This document shows, in pieces, positions 17,958-27,563 of a stretch of 64,000 nucleotides of DNA (the first letter of the stretch is position 1; every line of letters begins with the position of its first letter). The translations under genes were made by a program, and so were the position numbers. Origin of the DNA: a virus; IMG/VR virus record IMGVR_UViG_3300036766_000359, positions 96,001-160,000 of that record. One strand, 5' to 3'. The notes beneath the pieces are model-generated. The model was not told where the DNA came from. It made no database searches and saw only the letters and a program-made list of their open reading frames with translations.

Positions 17958-20540
17958 CTCATCTGGGATGGTGACAGATATGAAATTAGACGACGGGTCA
18001 TAAATCATATCAGAAGATTGATCACCCAAGTAATTTACTTGAACTACATACTGTCCAGTTTCTCTGGATAATTCATCAGATTGAAAATAACCGGCTTGAT
18101 CAACATCGTATGGACCGAAAGTCGTTCCGTCCAGTGACATGACTACTTTCCCAAGTGGGGCTGGACGATTTAGATAATCTACGACATGACCATCAATACG
18201 AAATTGTTCAGCGGATATCGGGACAGAGTCTAATAACACTGAAGTCATACTGTGAAATAGTGAAACTTCCAAAGTATATGGATCAGACGTACTTTGTTCA
18301 AAACACGAGTCACCTTCATATGTTGCGATGAACTGATATGTTTGAATGTTAAGCGATTCGATGGTTAAAATCGCATGACTCGATAGCGCATCATTCACGA
18401 GATTTGATTTACCTAACGGAGTCCAGTTCGGGCCGGGTAAACATATGAAAAAATCAACCAAACCGGTTGGAGACCCGGTGAGAGAGTTAGATGATACTGT
18501 CACAACAAGTTGAACTGGTGACTTGTTATCTACTGGGTTAATGGATGATAAAACCGCAGTGGTGACAGCTCTACGAACAACATACTGAATTTCCGAAGAT
18601 ATTATTTCTTCAGTATCAGGTTCTGAATAACTACAGTATAACGTTTGGTTTCCTGGTGGTAAACCATAAGTTCGAAGTGTCGCGATTCCACTAGAAGAAA
18701 ACACTGATGAACTACCAAGTAACGTTGGCTCTGATGAATTATAAGTATCAACTTGATTAGGACCAATATCAGGCCGTGTTAATCTTGGAGCAGATGATCT
18801 TTGAATACACGGTTCATCTCTTCCTTGAACCGTATTAGAAACGCGCATGTCAACGGCTTTGTTTGATTCTTTACCGGAAAATCTAATTAGACCACGAGTG
18901 TCTGTCCCATCATCCATACACGCGTCTGACTTGACAACTGCCCAAACTGATGTCCCGTCCCAGACTAAACCTGACAAGTCTTCAGCATAGACAGTTGGAA
19001 TTTGGACTATTTCACTTGAAAAATCTGTCCGGTATACGGAGCCATACATTGATCCAGGGTTGGCTGATCCGCATGTCCATAACGTACGTCCATCCCAAAC
19101 AGCACCAAGATATCCTTGTCGTGAAGAACTACCGGGTATTATTTGATATTTGATGCTAGATGGGTTTCCCAAAGACTCAATTCGAGCTATAAAATTATGC
19201 AAATCTAACGAGTCATCTTCATATATGCCGGTAAAAGCTATGGACTTAGAAATTCCATACGAACCGGGGATAACTGCGATGGAAAAAGCAGAGACGGGAG
19301 AAAAGTTTGGTTCTTTAGTGAGTAGTATTTTTTCTATCGTGAAATATTCAGGATCGATTTTCAGGATAAGTGCGGGAGCAGATGAAGAATCATTAGTTCT
19401 AACACTTTTACATGTAGCCCATAAAAATCGACCGTCGCATGAAATGTCATATAAATCAGGCATCCATGATGAATATTGATCGTTTTTTATTACGATCGAC
19501 ATTATCGACTTTGCAAGAACAGATTTTGGAAACCCGGAGATCATGTCCGATAGAACGAAGCTATAGATATGATCTGGTTCAGATGAATCAGACGCCGGGA
19601 CGATACAAAACGCCATTCCAGCACCGTCAAATGTTATGCGTCGAGCTTGATTGGGAAGACTCGATCTACCAACGACTCGACGAGTCTCCGGATCAATCAA
19701 AATTAAAGATTTTCCAACCCAACAAACAAGTCGAGTAAAAGGGTCGTACGCGATATGAAGTGCCCCGGTCTCACCGAATGGACTCAGATCAATAGACTGG
19801 AACTGTGTGGAAGTACCGAGAAAAGAAAAACTCGATAACTTAGGAGTCTTAGAATCCGATACCCACATCGAATTCCCATCCCATGCAGCAGAAGTCGGTT
19901 CAATGAAGCGTAAATTTTCTGGTGACTGAACAGGGTCTGGTTTAGATAGACGACTATAAAACGAGACAGGACCTACTGGTGGATTGATACTACCCTGAAG
20001 GGAAACTAATTGTCCGTAACTAGCTGAATCTGGAGAGATAGAAAGACGTAAATAACCAGGTTCAGCGGCCCGAGCAGCAAATAGTTGTTCTGGCGGTTCA
20101 ACAGCTTCCAGGATTTCTTGAAAGAAACGAACAGCCGGTGGAAGAATCGCCGGGGGGCTAGACCAAATTGAAGAAAACTGACCACTATACTGAAGTCCTA
20201 CCCCTCCAAATTTCCATGGAAGAACACCAAGAGAATTAAACTGCTTGGCTTTGTCGAAGGCTCCTCGTTCAGATTCAGACTCAATTGATTGCGAAGCACC
20301 TATGCTAATATGCGATGTAAGGCTAACTTGAAATTGATACGGGCTGGATTTAACCGCCCAAATGTTGGATAGTGGGCCAGTATAGGCACCGATATGCTGG
20401 CCCGCATATTCCCATCGAACTTGCGAACGTGAATGACTAGATCTGGCTTGTTTTTCGGCGTCTTCACGAGAGACAGCGGAAACAGACAAAGAGCCAGAAA
20501 CGTCAACCTCGGACAATAGAGATACGTTGAAAAGAGTCAT
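17946..20540 (-). CDS. Virion/surface protein with WDG beta-propeller repeats and Ig-like (Big_3-type) domains
   Basis: WDGNSMW, WDGRTLW, WDGTSVW; TTAVLSS..P...VQLVVTV...PTG.VDF...ATYEGD; duplicated N-terminal module. Confidence 0.75.
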   Translation of the reverse strand: MTLFNVSLLSEVDVSGSLSVSAVSREDAEKQARSSHSRSQVRWEYAGQHIGAYTGPLSNIWAVKSSPYQFQVSLTSHISIGASQSIESESERGAFDKAKQFNSLGVLPWKFGGVGLQYSGQFSSIWSSPPAILPPAVRFFQEILEAVEPPEQLFAARAAEPGYLRLSISPDSASYGQLVSLQGSINPPVGPVSFYSRLSKPDPVQSPENLRFIEPTSAAWDGNSMWVSDSKTPKLSSFSFLGTSTQFQSIDLSPFGETGALHIAYDPFTRLVCWVGKSLILIDPETRRVVGRSSLPNQARRITFDGAGMAFCIVPASDSSEPDHIYSFVLSDMISGFPKSVLAKSIMSIVIKNDQYSSWMPDLYDISCDGRFLWATCKSVRTNDSSSAPALILKIDPEYFTIEKILLTKEPNFSPVSAFSIAVIPGSYGISKSIAFTGIYEDDSLDLHNFIARIESLGNPSSIKYQIIPGSSSRQGYLGAVWDGRTLWTCGSANPGSMYGSVYRTDFSSEIVQIPTVYAEDLSGLVWDGTSVWAVVKSDACMDDGTDTRGLIRFSGKESNKAVDMRVSNTVQGRDEPCIQRSSAPRLTRPDIGPNQVDTYNSSEPTLLGSSSVFSSSGIATLRTYGLPPGNQTLYCSYSEPDTEEIISSEIQYVVRRAVTTAVLSSINPVDNKSPVQLVVTVSSNSLTGSPTGLVDFFICLPGPNWTPLGKSNLVNDALSSHAILTIESLNIQTYQFIATYEGDSCFEQSTSDPYTLEVSLFHSMTSVLLDSVPISAEQFRIDGHVVDYLNRPAPLGKVVMSLDGTTFGPYDVDQAGYFQSDELSRETGQYVVQVNYLGDQSSDMIYDPSSNFISVTIPDESFK

Positions 20541-20730
20541 CTAGCCCACCTGATCACAAGGGACTTATTGACCTTACCTTTTCAGTTAGTCATTTATTTA
20601 GGTGGTCTTCGACTTTTTTGAAGACCCAAACAAATAGTTGGATAGATCTCTCAAGCGCCAGGTCAAGAATTTTCTTCCGCATACTGACATGATTTAACAA
20701 AATTATATTATATCAGTATGCGGACGACCA

Positions 20731-21906
20731 CTACCATTTTCCGTCACGTACTACAGGTGCGGTTAAATGAGGGTATGTGATCACCGTTTTCTCAATTGTA
20801 GGTGAATCGTTTTGTTGACCAACGAAACCGTGAATCGCATCTTTCTGACCTACGGTTTTCACGCCTTGAAAGTCAACAGGAGCTTTCAAAGTATTAGCGG
20901 AAAAATCGTTTAGTTTGAACCAGTTACCGGCATATTCTTGAGCTGATATAGGCATTGGAGGGCATTTCTCACCCGTAATTAGTTCATACATCTCGGCGTT
21001 GACTATGTGGACAAACAATCGACCTGACGCCTCTTGGTCCCAGGTACCGATGCCATATGGGTCAGGATAAATTTTCTGTGCCATTTGTCCACCGGCAGCT
21101 AGTCCCATTGAAGACGATGCATTCAAAAATGCACTATTTACTCCTGTGTGCGATGACAAACCTCGCATCGCTGTGCAACCAATCTTTGTGCCACCATAAT
21201 TGACTCCACTCGTATACGTATAACCAAACGAACCAGAAGAACCAGTTACACCATCAGCACCATCAGAAACTATTACACCATCAGAAACTTGGTTAAATGA
21301 ACCACCCAAAGTTTTGGATTCTGAGCCTCTTGACATGAGCGGCATAACACCTGATTTTGCCGGGATGACCAATAACTGTAATCCGCCGTATTCCTCTTTA
21401 CCGGTAACTTGGCCTTCCACCGTATAACCCATACCCATGGGCATGGCCACGAATTGTTTAATAACACCATTACCGGAGTTGAAACCATCGAGCCAGTTTT
21501 GCGGGTGAGGTGCCACCATATAGTCTTCGACGCCCGCAACAAGCTCGGGAGTCCATGGTTTACCATTAACCGCGTTAACCTTGCCAGTCGCTGTTTTAAC
21601 CGCCGAAACAGCCCCGGAAAAGCCAAGCCACATAGCTTCGCGTTGATGTAGCGGAATGAACACGCCACCTTGCTCACGCCACGAAGCTGGAACTTTATCC
21701 CGATAATCATCCACCAGCTTCACTGGAAGATGCCCAAGACCAGGCGGTAGCTGATGGGTTCGACCATCTTCGGGGAGTCTGATCGTGCGGTTAAATACCA
21801 CACTGAAGGTTGAACCGAGATGTTCAAAAATGACCGAATTATTGCTTTGTGTGATTTTCATTGAATTACCACTTTCCATCACGAACTGGTTTGGGTGCAA
21901 ACTCAA
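20731..21906 (-). CDS. Conserved hypothetical protein (F.RT.R.P...LPPGLG.P...GG.FIP..QREAMW family)
   Basis: Recognisable motifs LPPGLG, QREAMW, WLDG, QFVAMP.G.GYTVEGQVTG.E..GGLQ; likely start MKITQ. Confidence 0.8.
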   Translation of the reverse strand: MSLHPNQFVMESGNSMKITQSNNSVIFEHLGSTFSVVFNRTIRLPEDGRTHQLPPGLGHLPVKLVDDYRDKVPASWREQGGVFIPLHQREAMWLGFSGAVSAVKTATGKVNAVNGKPWTPELVAGVEDYMVAPHPQNWLDGFNSGNGVIKQFVAMPMGMGYTVEGQVTGKEEYGGLQLLVIPAKSGVMPLMSRGSESKTLGGSFNQVSDGVIVSDGADGVTGSSGSFGYTYTSGVNYGGTKIGCTAMRGLSSHTGVNSAFLNASSSMGLAAGGQMAQKIYPDPYGIGTWDQEASGRLFVHIVNAEMYELITGEKCPPMPISAQEYAGNWFKLNDFSANTLKAPVDFQGVKTVGQKDAIHGFVGQQNDSPTIEKTVITYPHLTAPVVRDGKW

Positions 21907-22069
21907 TCACCCGTGTCAATTGTTGCGGAAGCTGAGACCTCCCGGCCGCCGCATTGAGCACAGTGATGATCCAACGATGTCGAGACATACTAGCCTCGGC
22001 AGCCGCTTTATCAAAAGCGGCGATCTCCTCTTCGGAAACCTTCAAGGAGAATACTTTGGATCCTGTCAT
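21866..22069 (-). CDS. Ribbon-helix-helix DNA-binding protein
   Basis: KVFSLKVSEEEIAAFDKAAAEASMSRHRWI. Confidence 0.7.
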   Translation of the reverse strand: MTGSKVFSLKVSEEEIAAFDKAAAEASMSRHRWIITVLNAAAGRSQLPQQLTRVIEFAPKPVRDGKW

Positions 22070-22076
22070 GCGGGAA

Positions 22077-22105
22077 AAGGTAACACCGGAGTAACACCTT
22101 GTCAA
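22077..22105 (-). promoter_or_regulatory. Sigma70-type promoter with direct-repeat operator
   Basis: TTGACA-N17-TACCTT with a TG extension; ggtgttac twice in the spacer region. Confidence 0.7.
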
Positions 22106-22116
22106 GTAGTCATGGT

Positions 22117-22476
22117 TTATTCGAGTTTGGTCTGAATATACTGAATGACAAGTTCAGACATTGTAATTCGTCGCCCTTCGAGGTCGGATTGGCGCTTGAC
22201 TTCAAGCTTAAGTCGGTCGACAAGTTCTCGAGGAACGTTATGCACGCCGATCGTTTGGAGGCTAGACAGGACTTCCGGAGAAGATTCAGATGGGGAGTCT
22301 GGAAAGTCTGGAAACTTGGTTTGTCTAACATCCTTCTTGGGTTTTTGCACTTTCTCTACTTTTTCTATCTTCACAGGTCCTCGTTTGGCAATTAATAGTT
22401 GTTCTTTTTTCTCAATTTGATATAGCAATCCCATACGACCTACACTCCTTCGATTGTTCAAGAAATTACATTGCAA
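22117..22476 (-). CDS. Protein with C-terminal RHH-like domain (likely start MGLLY)
   Basis: TIGVHNVPRELVDRLKLEVKRQ...MSELVIQYI. Confidence 0.6.
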   Translation of the reverse strand: MQCNFLNNRRSVGRMGLLYQIEKKEQLLIAKRGPVKIEKVEKVQKPKKDVRQTKFPDFPDSPSESSPEVLSSLQTIGVHNVPRELVDRLKLEVKRQSDLEGRRITMSELVIQYIQTKLE

Positions 22477-22493
22477 GTATTGTTGGTTGTCAA
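22465..22493 (-). promoter_or_regulatory. Sigma70-type promoter
   Basis: TTGACA-N17-TGTAAT. Confidence 0.6.
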
Positions 22494-22519
22494 TTGTTTC
22501 GGTAGAGTGGTGAACTAAA

Positions 22520-22879
22520 TTGACCGACGATACGACTAATCAAGCACCGTTGATGATTCAGTGTGAACGCGGACTTGGACGTCTCACCGTCTTTGCCTGC
22601 GGAAGACGTTGGAGTATCGCCAATAATGAAGTCAAAGTTGCGCAGTCAGAACGCAACCATACGAATGCAATTCGAAATTCACCGTGTCGTGATTGTGAGT
22701 TCGGTGAGCCTAGATCCGTAGAAAGTTTAAAACGTGAGTCTCCGGTATTCAGTCGGGAAACTCTGCAGAATTTTACATGCAATCATTGTGGCTTAGTGTT
22801 TACACGAGTATGGCTGGGTAGAGGTCAAAAACCATCTGTATGTAATCCGTGTAAACCAAGTAGTCGACGATCGTTATAA
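22520..22879 (+). CDS. Zn-binding hypothetical protein
   Basis: CRDC, CNHC, CNPC. Confidence 0.6.
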   Translation: MTDDTTNQAPLMIQCERGLGRLTVFACGRRWSIANNEVKVAQSERNHTNAIRNSPCRDCEFGEPRSVESLKRESPVFSRETLQNFTCNHCGLVFTRVWLGRGQKPSVCNPCKPSSRRSL

Positions 22880-23066
22880 CTAAATGTCTATAGTTTGGTT
22901 CAAATCAGTCATATATTCGATTTTTTTCTCGGTTGTGTTAGCACACAACAACCGAAAGAGTAACCAACATACATAAAGAAATCGCCAAAAAGTCAATCGA
23001 AGATTTTACTGAAAAGCTTCGAAACGCACCGTCTGACTCATCTATAGTAATGGCAATCAGCATCTT

Positions 23067-23441
23067 ATGGGTGCTGGAGGGTCAACATGGGCGGGGGCGG
23101 GAGAACTGACGCTAGGTGGTTTCATCTGGTGGACGGCAGACTGCGCTCTTGTCATCACGGGTGTGGTCGGAATTGGCGCAGTAGATTTCTCGGCAAGTGG
23201 AACCGGATTCATGATCGGAGCGATTGAGAGTGAAGTCGTTGGTGCATTCGTTGTTGACCCGTCGACCATTGGCGGCAAGTGTCATTTCACGATTGTAGTT
23301 GCAGCGGTTGAGGACGGGATCGCAACACTAACGTTGTATGGCTCCAATGGAACGTTATACGGAACCTTCGTTGGACCAGCCGAGGGTCTTGCGGCTGGCG
23401 AGACGAGCGGTTCAGGTGAACTAGTAGTCAAGCACACCTGA
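23067..23441 (+). CDS. Gly-rich beta protein, possibly Vap (R. equi virulence-associated protein)-like
   Basis: FSASGTG..IG, LTLYGSNGTLYGTF, GETSGSG pattern; recall-based similarity. Confidence 0.45.
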   Translation: MGAGGSTWAGAGELTLGGFIWWTADCALVITGVVGIGAVDFSASGTGFMIGAIESEVVGAFVVDPSTIGGKCHFTIVVAAVEDGIATLTLYGSNGTLYGTFVGPAEGLAAGETSGSGELVVKHT

Positions 23442-23447
23442 TAGTCT

Positions 23448-23873
23448 TCATGAACCGTATTCACCCATAAGTCTTGCTAATTCCTTTGGAGACCAAAGGT
23501 CACGACCGCTGTAATCTTCCGGTTGATTGAGGCGGATTCTAAGTTCATCACCGACAATACCGATGACATCTTTCGATCCGGGTTCTTCATAACGTGGAGC
23601 CCACTCCTGAGTAAGCGTAACACGAACTCCATCCGGAATTTTCTTAAAGGAAAAGTCCGATCCATAACCACCATGATCTGGTTCCAAGCCGATCAACATA
23701 GCTTTTACTTCCGATAAACTTGGCTTCCGCTCAGCCCCCTGCTGAATAGGGGACGAAATAGTGTATAAAACCTTCTTAAGGTCTCGCGATATTAGATTCC
23801 GATCTGGATTCTTCGAGTTGTCAATCGCAGCAGCGATACGACGAAGTTGACTTGCAAGTTGTGATGGTTTCAT
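23448..23873 (-). CDS. Hypothetical protein with N-terminal MKPSQ-LRRIA module
   Basis: MKPSQLASQLRRIAAAIDNSKNPDR. Confidence 0.8.
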   Translation of the reverse strand: MKPSQLASQLRRIAAAIDNSKNPDRNLISRDLKKVLYTISSPIQQGAERKPSLSEVKAMLIGLEPDHGGYGSDFSFKKIPDGVRVTLTQEWAPRYEEPGSKDVIGIVGDELRIRLNQPEDYSGRDLWSPKELARLMGEYGS

Positions 23874-24003
23874 GCTATTCCTGATTGTATGGCCTACGAA
23901 CGTCTACAACAACAAAGGCTTAAAAACATACATCTCCTGGCTTTGAAGAAGAAAACAAGAAAGGCAGAAGATATCTCTTAGCTATTTCGGTACTTGCCCA
24001 ATT

Positions 24004-24408
24004 TCAATCTATGAACGGGTTCGGACCAGTTTTGATATCTTCTAAAGCTTTGTAAAATTCGTTATACTCAGTGAAGTTTTTGAGGGCGTAGTCAAGACTG
24101 TAACCGATATCGGTTACTCCAACCGAGTCCGCGAGTTCTTCCATTTTGGCGATAACTTCATGATATCCATCTGACGTCGTGTCGCACCAGTCATCTATTC
24201 CGAGTGCCTTAAAGGCATGCCATAAGAGTTGTGATGACCCAGCAGCTTTCTCGGTTATAGGACCGAGACGTTCGTGCATCGAACCCGCAGCAACGTGAAC
24301 CAAAACACCACGAATAGAACTAGAGACTCTGGATCGCGATGGGTGGTTAGACTTTTCGATGCGGTCTGCTACGCGGCGGAGTTCTCGAGCTATTTGTGAT
24401 GGTTTCAT
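24004..24408 (-). CDS. Hypothetical protein with N-terminal MKPSQ-LRRVA module
   Basis: MKPSQIARELRRVADRIEKSNHPSR. Confidence 0.8.
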   Translation of the reverse strand: MKPSQIARELRRVADRIEKSNHPSRSRVSSSIRGVLVHVAAGSMHERLGPITEKAAGSSQLLWHAFKALGIDDWCDTTSDGYHEVIAKMEELADSVGVTDIGYSLDYALKNFTEYNEFYKALEDIKTGPNPFID

Positions 24409-24415
24409 AGTTCAT

Positions 24416-25045
24416 CTATAGTATCAAAAGTTTATTTTTCAGAACACTTTTGGCTAGGTCTAGATCTACCGAGAAAACACTACACATTGCTAATACCTGT
24501 TCCTGACGAAATCGAATCCCCATGTATCCATTATACTTCAGCATTCGTCGTAGGGTCGCGTTTGCGTTAATGATAGCATCAGGACAAATATCTGACACTC
24601 CTGATTCAATTGCTTCCAGGCATGATTCATCAATGTCAAATTCGTCCCATTTGAAGCTGCACTTAACTACTGATAAATCAAACGCCTGATACGGCTTTCC
24701 TGGACTGTAACATACATCTACACCAAATTTTTGCCGCGTCATTATCACAGCCTTGTAATAAGCTATTTGATCACTGAAAAAAATATCTAAGTCTGACGCC
24801 TTATGAGTTTTAAAAATATGACTTAGAGCCGCGCCTCCAGCAATCCATCCACCTGAGTCAAACATTTGATGTAAGTCGCGTACGCTGAATTTTTCACATT
24901 TAGAACTTTTTAACGAATTTCCGTCAGCGAGAAACAAATCTAAATCTTCAGATGAAACCCCGTAGGATAAAAGCTCTTCATGAAACTCCGACCCTCGTTT
25001 CAGGTTCATCAAACGACTTATAACATGACGTATCTCGGTGTGCAC
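24416..25045 (-). CDS. Nucleotidyltransferase (Pol-beta superfamily)-like protein
   Basis: WIAGGAA...SDLDIFF; FDLSVVK; LRRMLKY. Confidence 0.7.
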   Translation of the reverse strand: MHTEIRHVISRLMNLKRGSEFHEELLSYGVSSEDLDLFLADGNSLKSSKCEKFSVRDLHQMFDSGGWIAGGAALSHIFKTHKASDLDIFFSDQIAYYKAVIMTRQKFGVDVCYSPGKPYQAFDLSVVKCSFKWDEFDIDESCLEAIESGVSDICPDAIINANATLRRMLKYNGYMGIRFRQEQVLAMCSVFSVDLDLAKSVLKNKLLIL

Positions 25046-25153
25046 AACCTACTCTACTTTGTAAAATAGGTTGTGGCTCAACACGTTTCGTATTTTAGCC
25101 TTGACTCGATGGGGAACGATTAATGGATTTGATATCTATTGCACGTAGAATTG

Positions 25154-25528
25154 CTATGTTGGAGTCCACCAAAGAGGACAAGCATACTTCTTGAACAACT
25201 CATCACCACGGTGTAATTCTTTGATAGATACAATATTGATTATTCGGTTGTCAACATCAAATTGAAATTCAACATTTGGATCATCGCTATGGTTGTAAAG
25301 ATTTGCATTTCCTGATGCCATAGCATCGGATTCATCCGTCCATGCGAGACGATGATCTGACAAGATGTCCGGTTGATCGTTTGTAAGTGGAAAGACTACG
25401 CATTCTTCAATGATTTGACCGGGCGTTATTCGAGTCACGTTTAGAAATACACCCCAACCAGAAATTGTACTTTTACTTACACGTGTATACGTTATTAGTG
25501 AACGATTGTCATACATGCTCACCTCCAA
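25154..25528 (-). CDS. SET-domain lysine methyltransferase
   Basis: SKSTISGWGVF, LYNHSDDPN, KELHRGDELFKKY. Confidence 0.88.
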   Translation of the reverse strand: MEVSMYDNRSLITYTRVSKSTISGWGVFLNVTRITPGQIIEECVVFPLTNDQPDILSDHRLAWTDESDAMASGNANLYNHSDDPNVEFQFDVDNRIINIVSIKELHRGDELFKKYACPLWWTPT

Positions 25529-25614
25529 CTTTATGTGAGTTCTTTAATTGAATCTTTACCCATATGATCTGCGAGTTGATCAAGGGTCAAATCACACAAT
25601 TCATCAGACCGCGT

Positions 25615-25974
25615 TTATTCTATGGGTTGATACTTCAGAATTTTCGTGAACTGGTCAGCTGTTGGATCGTAAATGACTCCAGTCTGCGGATCTCGGCACC
25701 ACCAATGAGAAGCCTCCAACGGAGGCAGAGCCAACAGTTCCGGAGTAGGTGGGACATATTTGAGGAATGTGACACCTTTGTAGGCAGGTATGAGTACTGA
25801 ACCCTGCACTACTTCAAGGTGTAAGAATTCTTTGGCAAGAGCTCGAGCGGCATGTGCGCAACGACCACCAGCACGTGGATGACGTTTACGCCATGTAGCT
25901 ATCCAATCTTCTGGACTCATGCTCAAACTGTCATTCTCCGTGGTACTGCCAGAGGACAGCGTTGCATCGTGCAT
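25615..25974 (-). CDS. Hypothetical protein
   Basis: GRCAHAA...HWWCRDP..VIYDPTADQF. Confidence 0.6.
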   Translation of the reverse strand: MHDATLSSGSTTENDSLSMSPEDWIATWRKRHPRAGGRCAHAARALAKEFLHLEVVQGSVLIPAYKGVTFLKYVPPTPELLALPPLEASHWWCRDPQTGVIYDPTADQFTKILKYQPIE

Positions 25975-26218
25975 GAACGGCCCCGATGGTCATCCCGGTG
26001 TTGTGGTTATGGTGCAAATGCACCGGGTTACTTAGGAAGTTTGGCGGAAAAAGCCTCAGGTTGATCGACTCGCTACGGATCTCTACTGATGGTTCCCCGT
26101 CGAGAGGTGCGTGGCAGTGGTGGCATTTGCCGTCCTGCTCCGAGATATATTGTTCGCGCACGACTCTGCGCTCGCGCTGAGTCAGCGCATTATAGTTTAC
26201 GGGGAGTTTTTCAGGCAT
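25931..26218 (-). CDS. Recombination endonuclease VII-like protein
   Basis: QDGKCHHC...VHLHHNHNTG...GAVHARCNAVL. Confidence 0.8.
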   Translation of the reverse strand: MPEKLPVNYNALTQRERRVVREQYISEQDGKCHHCHAPLDGEPSVEIRSESINLRLFPPNFLSNPVHLHHNHNTGMTIGAVHARCNAVLWQYHGE

Positions 26219-26257
26219 GAAAAATTTTATGGTTGAGTTGTAGCACCGAGATACCCG

Positions 26258-27019
26258 TCATGTACGATCGTAAATTGATTCTAGTCTTTCGGTTTGTTTT
26301 TCGCTCAATCTTTGCCCTCGTTTGAGCTTATCACCGATGTCGATTATGAATTTTTCTTCCCATTCGGATAGCTCGAAAGAGTCATCAAGTTTTACGCACG
26401 TTTCAATTGCTTCAATCATGTCTGTGGATGTGGCCATGTCGTCCACTTTACCCGGAACCTCTTGTGTAGTACGCAAAGCATCACGCTCCGCGACCACACG
26501 TGCAAGCGTCGGCAGCAAGAGCGCGGCCTGTGTAGACTGCGTCTTAACCCGACCTGCGGCTAAATCCGTCAAGAACAGCGCAAGGTCGATGTCGTTCAGA
26601 CCAAGACTCGATGGTTGACCTCCGAGCTCGGAATCATCGCGCAGCATCACCAACTTCGCTGTAGCATCTTGCGCACCTATGTCTTTGATCACAGCTATCC
26701 AGTGAAATAGCTTCAACGTCTGCTGATCTTCATTCTTAGCGGTAGCCACATCAGCAGAGATGGCCAGGACCAGTTCGCTGTCATTCATGTTCGAAATTGC
26801 TCCAAGTCCTAACGCATTCATCGCTAATTCCTTAGTGTCATATAAATCAGGGAGAATAGGCCCTGTTGCAGATTTATTGGCTCGCCATCGAGTTTTCTTG
26901 AATTCTTGATTAGACACTACAGAATCCATGAAACCGGCAGCGGAACCATAAACTAATGCTCCGGATTCATGTTCATAATAAAAGTCCTTTTCGACTTCAC
27001 GCCATCCCAGTGGTAACAT
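26258..27019 (-). CDS. Hypothetical protein
   Basis: 253 aa; C-terminal LSEWEEKFI.DI...LSEKQ..RL..I motif. Confidence 0.7.
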   Translation of the reverse strand: MLPLGWREVEKDFYYEHESGALVYGSAAGFMDSVVSNQEFKKTRWRANKSATGPILPDLYDTKELAMNALGLGAISNMNDSELVLAISADVATAKNEDQQTLKLFHWIAVIKDIGAQDATAKLVMLRDDSELGGQPSSLGLNDIDLALFLTDLAAGRVKTQSTQAALLLPTLARVVAERDALRTTQEVPGKVDDMATSTDMIEAIETCVKLDDSFELSEWEEKFIIDIGDKLKRGQRLSEKQTERLESIYDRT

Positions 27020-27026
27020 AATTCAC

Positions 27027-27215
27027 CTACCTCGGTTTGTCCCATGCCGAATCATGCATGTTCTGCCAAGCCATTCTGACTTCTGGTGACCAATTATCTG
27101 GTGGAGACCACCCACTAGCTCCACCAACAAACATACCAGCCGTCATTTGACAATAAATAAGTACAGCACTCTTTAACTTTTCAAAGTCTTCTGGTGTTGC
27201 TGTACGTCTAGCCAT
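27027..27215 (-). CDS. Hypothetical protein
   Basis: 62-aa ORF with GAGG RBS. Confidence 0.55.
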   Translation of the reverse strand: MARRTATPEDFEKLKSAVLIYCQMTAGMFVGGASGWSPPDNWSPEVRMAWQNMHDSAWDKPR

Positions 27216-27235
27216 TAGTCCTCTTCGCCAAATAA

Positions 27236-27535
27236 TTATTTAAGAAAGTCCAAAACGAGAGCCATCAAACTAATGAAAAATAAGATCGCACCGAGTTTAA
27301 AACTCCCACGATGGTTATTCCCGAACCAACGAGATCTAAATTCATGATCCACAATTTGTTTACGTAATACTTCTACCGGGAGACCATCAGTGCGAAGATC
27401 AGTACGCCATTCTGACGAAATCGGTTGAGCCGGTACACGTAGCCAACATTTAGTACAGGTTACCTGGATAACATCCTCTCGATACTCTTCTCGATACCCT
27501 CCGATCGTAAAACCTGAACCATGACATAAACTCAT
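27236..27535 (-). CDS. Hypothetical protein with C-terminal TM
   Basis: CTKC; hydrophobic tail. Confidence 0.55.
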   Translation of the reverse strand: MSLCHGSGFTIGGYREEYREDVIQVTCTKCWLRVPAQPISSEWRTDLRTDGLPVEVLRKQIVDHEFRSRWFGNNHRGSFKLGAILFFISLMALVLDFLK

Positions 27536-27563
27536 CAGTGACTCCTAAAGTGGTAAGATAAAT

